Below are positions 61,791 through 64,000 of a stretch of 64,000 nt of DNA, piece by piece. Under the pieces are notes generated by a model. The model made no database searches, was not told where the DNA came from, and saw nothing but the letters and a program-made list of their open reading frames with translations. This DNA comes from Azolla caroliniana. Lineage: Eukaryota > Plantae > Polypodiophyta. Location: positions 9,300,001 through 9,364,000 of the forward strand of contig JBHGNT010000012.1 in NCBI GenBank assembly GCA_043228905.1, given 5' to 3'. The position numbers and the translations under genes are program-made. Each line of letters begins with the position of its first letter. Positions within the stretch are counted from its first letter, which is position 1.

Positions 61791-64000
61791 CTCCACACCT
61801 CCGCAACCGACTTGCATTCTTCCTACATCGCGGAGATGGCCTCTACCTTTGCCGGAGACGGTTTCCAGCCGTAAGGCCCGCACAGGTGACCGACCACTAG
61901 GATCTCTGGCTGCCCGAAATCCGACTTCTCTCCGGAGAGGGTGAACCGTGCACCCCCTAGCCTTTGCATACCTTCTCGCAGTCGTCAATGTGGTGCACCA
62001 CGAGTCTTCGGTATCCTTCTGGCCCAACCGTTTCATCCTTATCCTCCACCAGGCACCCCTTTATCAGTATATCGTCCAGAAACAACATGGTGATGTCCGG
62101 GATGCAGTCCCTTAGCACCTTGTTCATCGCATTCACCATGTGCACCACTGAGTTTGTCCCTCCCTGCGGAAGGGTACACATCCACACTAATTCGAGAGGT
62201 GTCCGCATCGTCGTGACATCCCTACTCTCCTTGGTTAGTTGGAACTGGTCGTACCCTGAGTATAGATCCCCAACCGAATAGATCGACCTCCCGGCGAAGG
62301 CCTCCGCAAACTCGTCGATCGTCGGTCCAACTCCTGTGTTCCGAATGGTCACTTTATTGACCGGCTACAAGTCCTGAATGAAGCGCAACGTGCCGTTCTT
62401 CTTAGGCACAGCAAACCACCAATTCGAGTATGGGGCATTCGACGATTCAAGGATGCCCATCTCCACCTTCTGCTTTAGCAGCTCCATCATCTTCGGGATG
62501 TGAGCTCTGGGTACTAGAATCGGTTTGAGATTCCACGACACATGTGGTTCCGTAAAAATAACCATCGCCTCAACGACCGTCGGGTCTACGCACCCAATCT
62601 CTCTAGCGAGAATGCGAACGCCTTCCCGTGCCTCCCAAGCATTCTCCGAAACCGTTCCTTCTCCGCCGGAAGTAGAAAGCCACCCCCACCAACCTTGAGC
62701 CCCCGTAGCGTTGTGTTGGTGGACCGGTGTCCTATTTCAGCCGGATCCCGTAGACTTGGGTCCGACGCGACCCCTTTCATCCGTAACCCGCTACCCTCCG
62801 GCAAGGGTGTTGCGACTGGCCTCACCTTCCAGTCCACAGTCTTGTACCACGTATGCATGTAGGTCGTCCGATCCGACTTAACCCTTTCCCCGAAGTCAGT
62901 AATGACTTCATACATTTCCACCGAGTTAACCGGGATCATCCTGTCTTCACTGAGGCCTTCTTCGATCACCTTCCCAATTTCCCTGAGGGTGTCGTTGAAA
63001 GAGACCGCCTCCACGGCGCCGCTAATTTCCTCATCGGGGGCGAGGACTCCACGTATCCTGAGTCGTTCCTCCGCCCGCTTCTTCTCCCAGCCAATGATGC
63101 CGGCTATCGTATAACCTCGGCTATCGGAGAACCAAAACTTCCGACCTATGGTACATGTTTGGGGATCCTCCGAGGTGTCAGGACTATTGCGGCCCCATGC
63201 CTCGATAGCCCTCTCTAAAAATCCCCTCTGCTTTTGCCGCCGAGGGTCTCACGGTTGCGCTCATGGTTTGGTCGCACGGTCAAGAATTGGACGGAGTGTC
63301 GTCCATTTTGGCTCTTCACACGTGCGTACGCTAAACCGTTATCCAGCACTTTCGTCTCCATACGTGTTGTCGTAATGTACTGCTCTTCGAGTATCACCAA
63401 ATGCGAGGATGTCGCCTGCACGACGAAGTGCTGGTCGATCTCGACATCACCGATTTTCACCCACACATTCGGGCAGGCCCCATGTAGCTCCTCTGTGGCG
63501 CGTGTCGCCGCTCGTATTTTCCACCCATGCTTGGTGTTGATCGGCCACTTGCCTTTCTTGTAGAAGTCCATAGACATCAGGTTGATCTCCGAACCATGGT
63601 CTACTAATGCTACCACCGGCTCCTGGACGTCCCCGATCCTAACCGGGGTCTCGATAGTGGCTCTTGCCCAGTGCAACTTTGAATAGTGGCTTTCTGCCAA
63701 CTTGTCTTCCAGGGCCATGTCTTCTAGGTGCGTCGTTCGCACCTCCACCGGCCTCTCCGGCTCCGGCTTCGTCGAAAGTCTTTTCCGCTTCACCAAGTCC
63801 ACGATGGAGTCATGGAGTTCTTTCTTGGCGATCCCAAGTACTTCCCTCAGTGACAGCTCTACCTTGATGTCGAGGATTCGCTCCTCAAGGACCTTCCGTA
63901 AGTCCATCGTTCTTTCTATCTCGGTGCTCAACCGGTAGCCGGCTTTCTTTGCTTTATCCAGTGTGCTGGCAGCATCGGTGTCTCTTCATCCCTCCCCGTT

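Larger units (their letters stand above)
53787..64000 (-). mobile_element. Gypsy element H (close to D), decayed, host of E and F; runs off the right edge
   Basis: gag-PR (ALVDHGSEIN) at 63215-63931, RT at ~61800-62600, RNase H/IN at 60287-61790 and 53787-54320. The flanks of E rejoin as MRYLVLARE. Confidence 0.93.

Overview
This window is eukaryotic heterochromatin made almost entirely of nested LTR retrotransposons. I recognise no host gene. The element mix suggests a moss such as Physcomitrium, which is an inference. I reconstructed the nests from LTR pairs, PBS/PPT sites and target-site duplications (TSDs). (1) A Copia element (C1, minus strand) whose RT carries two back-to-back chromovirus Gypsy insertions (A1, A2). 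(2) A decayed LINE 3' end. (3) A four-layer nest: Copia relic C3, then Tnt1-like Copia C2, then chromovirus A3, then a very young non-chromovirus Gypsy B with a ~1000-codon extra ORF; an orphan homologue of that ORF lies near 40 kb. (4) A Tcn1/sushi-like Gypsy (G) with a Tf1-type self-priming structure, invaded by four members (D, E, F, H) of an unusual Gypsy lineage. That lineage is the best candidate for something undescribed. It has an 18-nt tRNA-Trp PBS, a D-H-G protease motif, 4-bp CpG-containing TSDs, and a conserved -1 frameshift cassette (G_GAU_UUU plus stem-loop) between protease and RT rather than between gag and protease. Member E also has a tRNA-like Pol III cassette in its LTR. 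The family A leader holds a spaced array of five hairpins inside a putative intron. All coordinates were read by eye and no searches were run.
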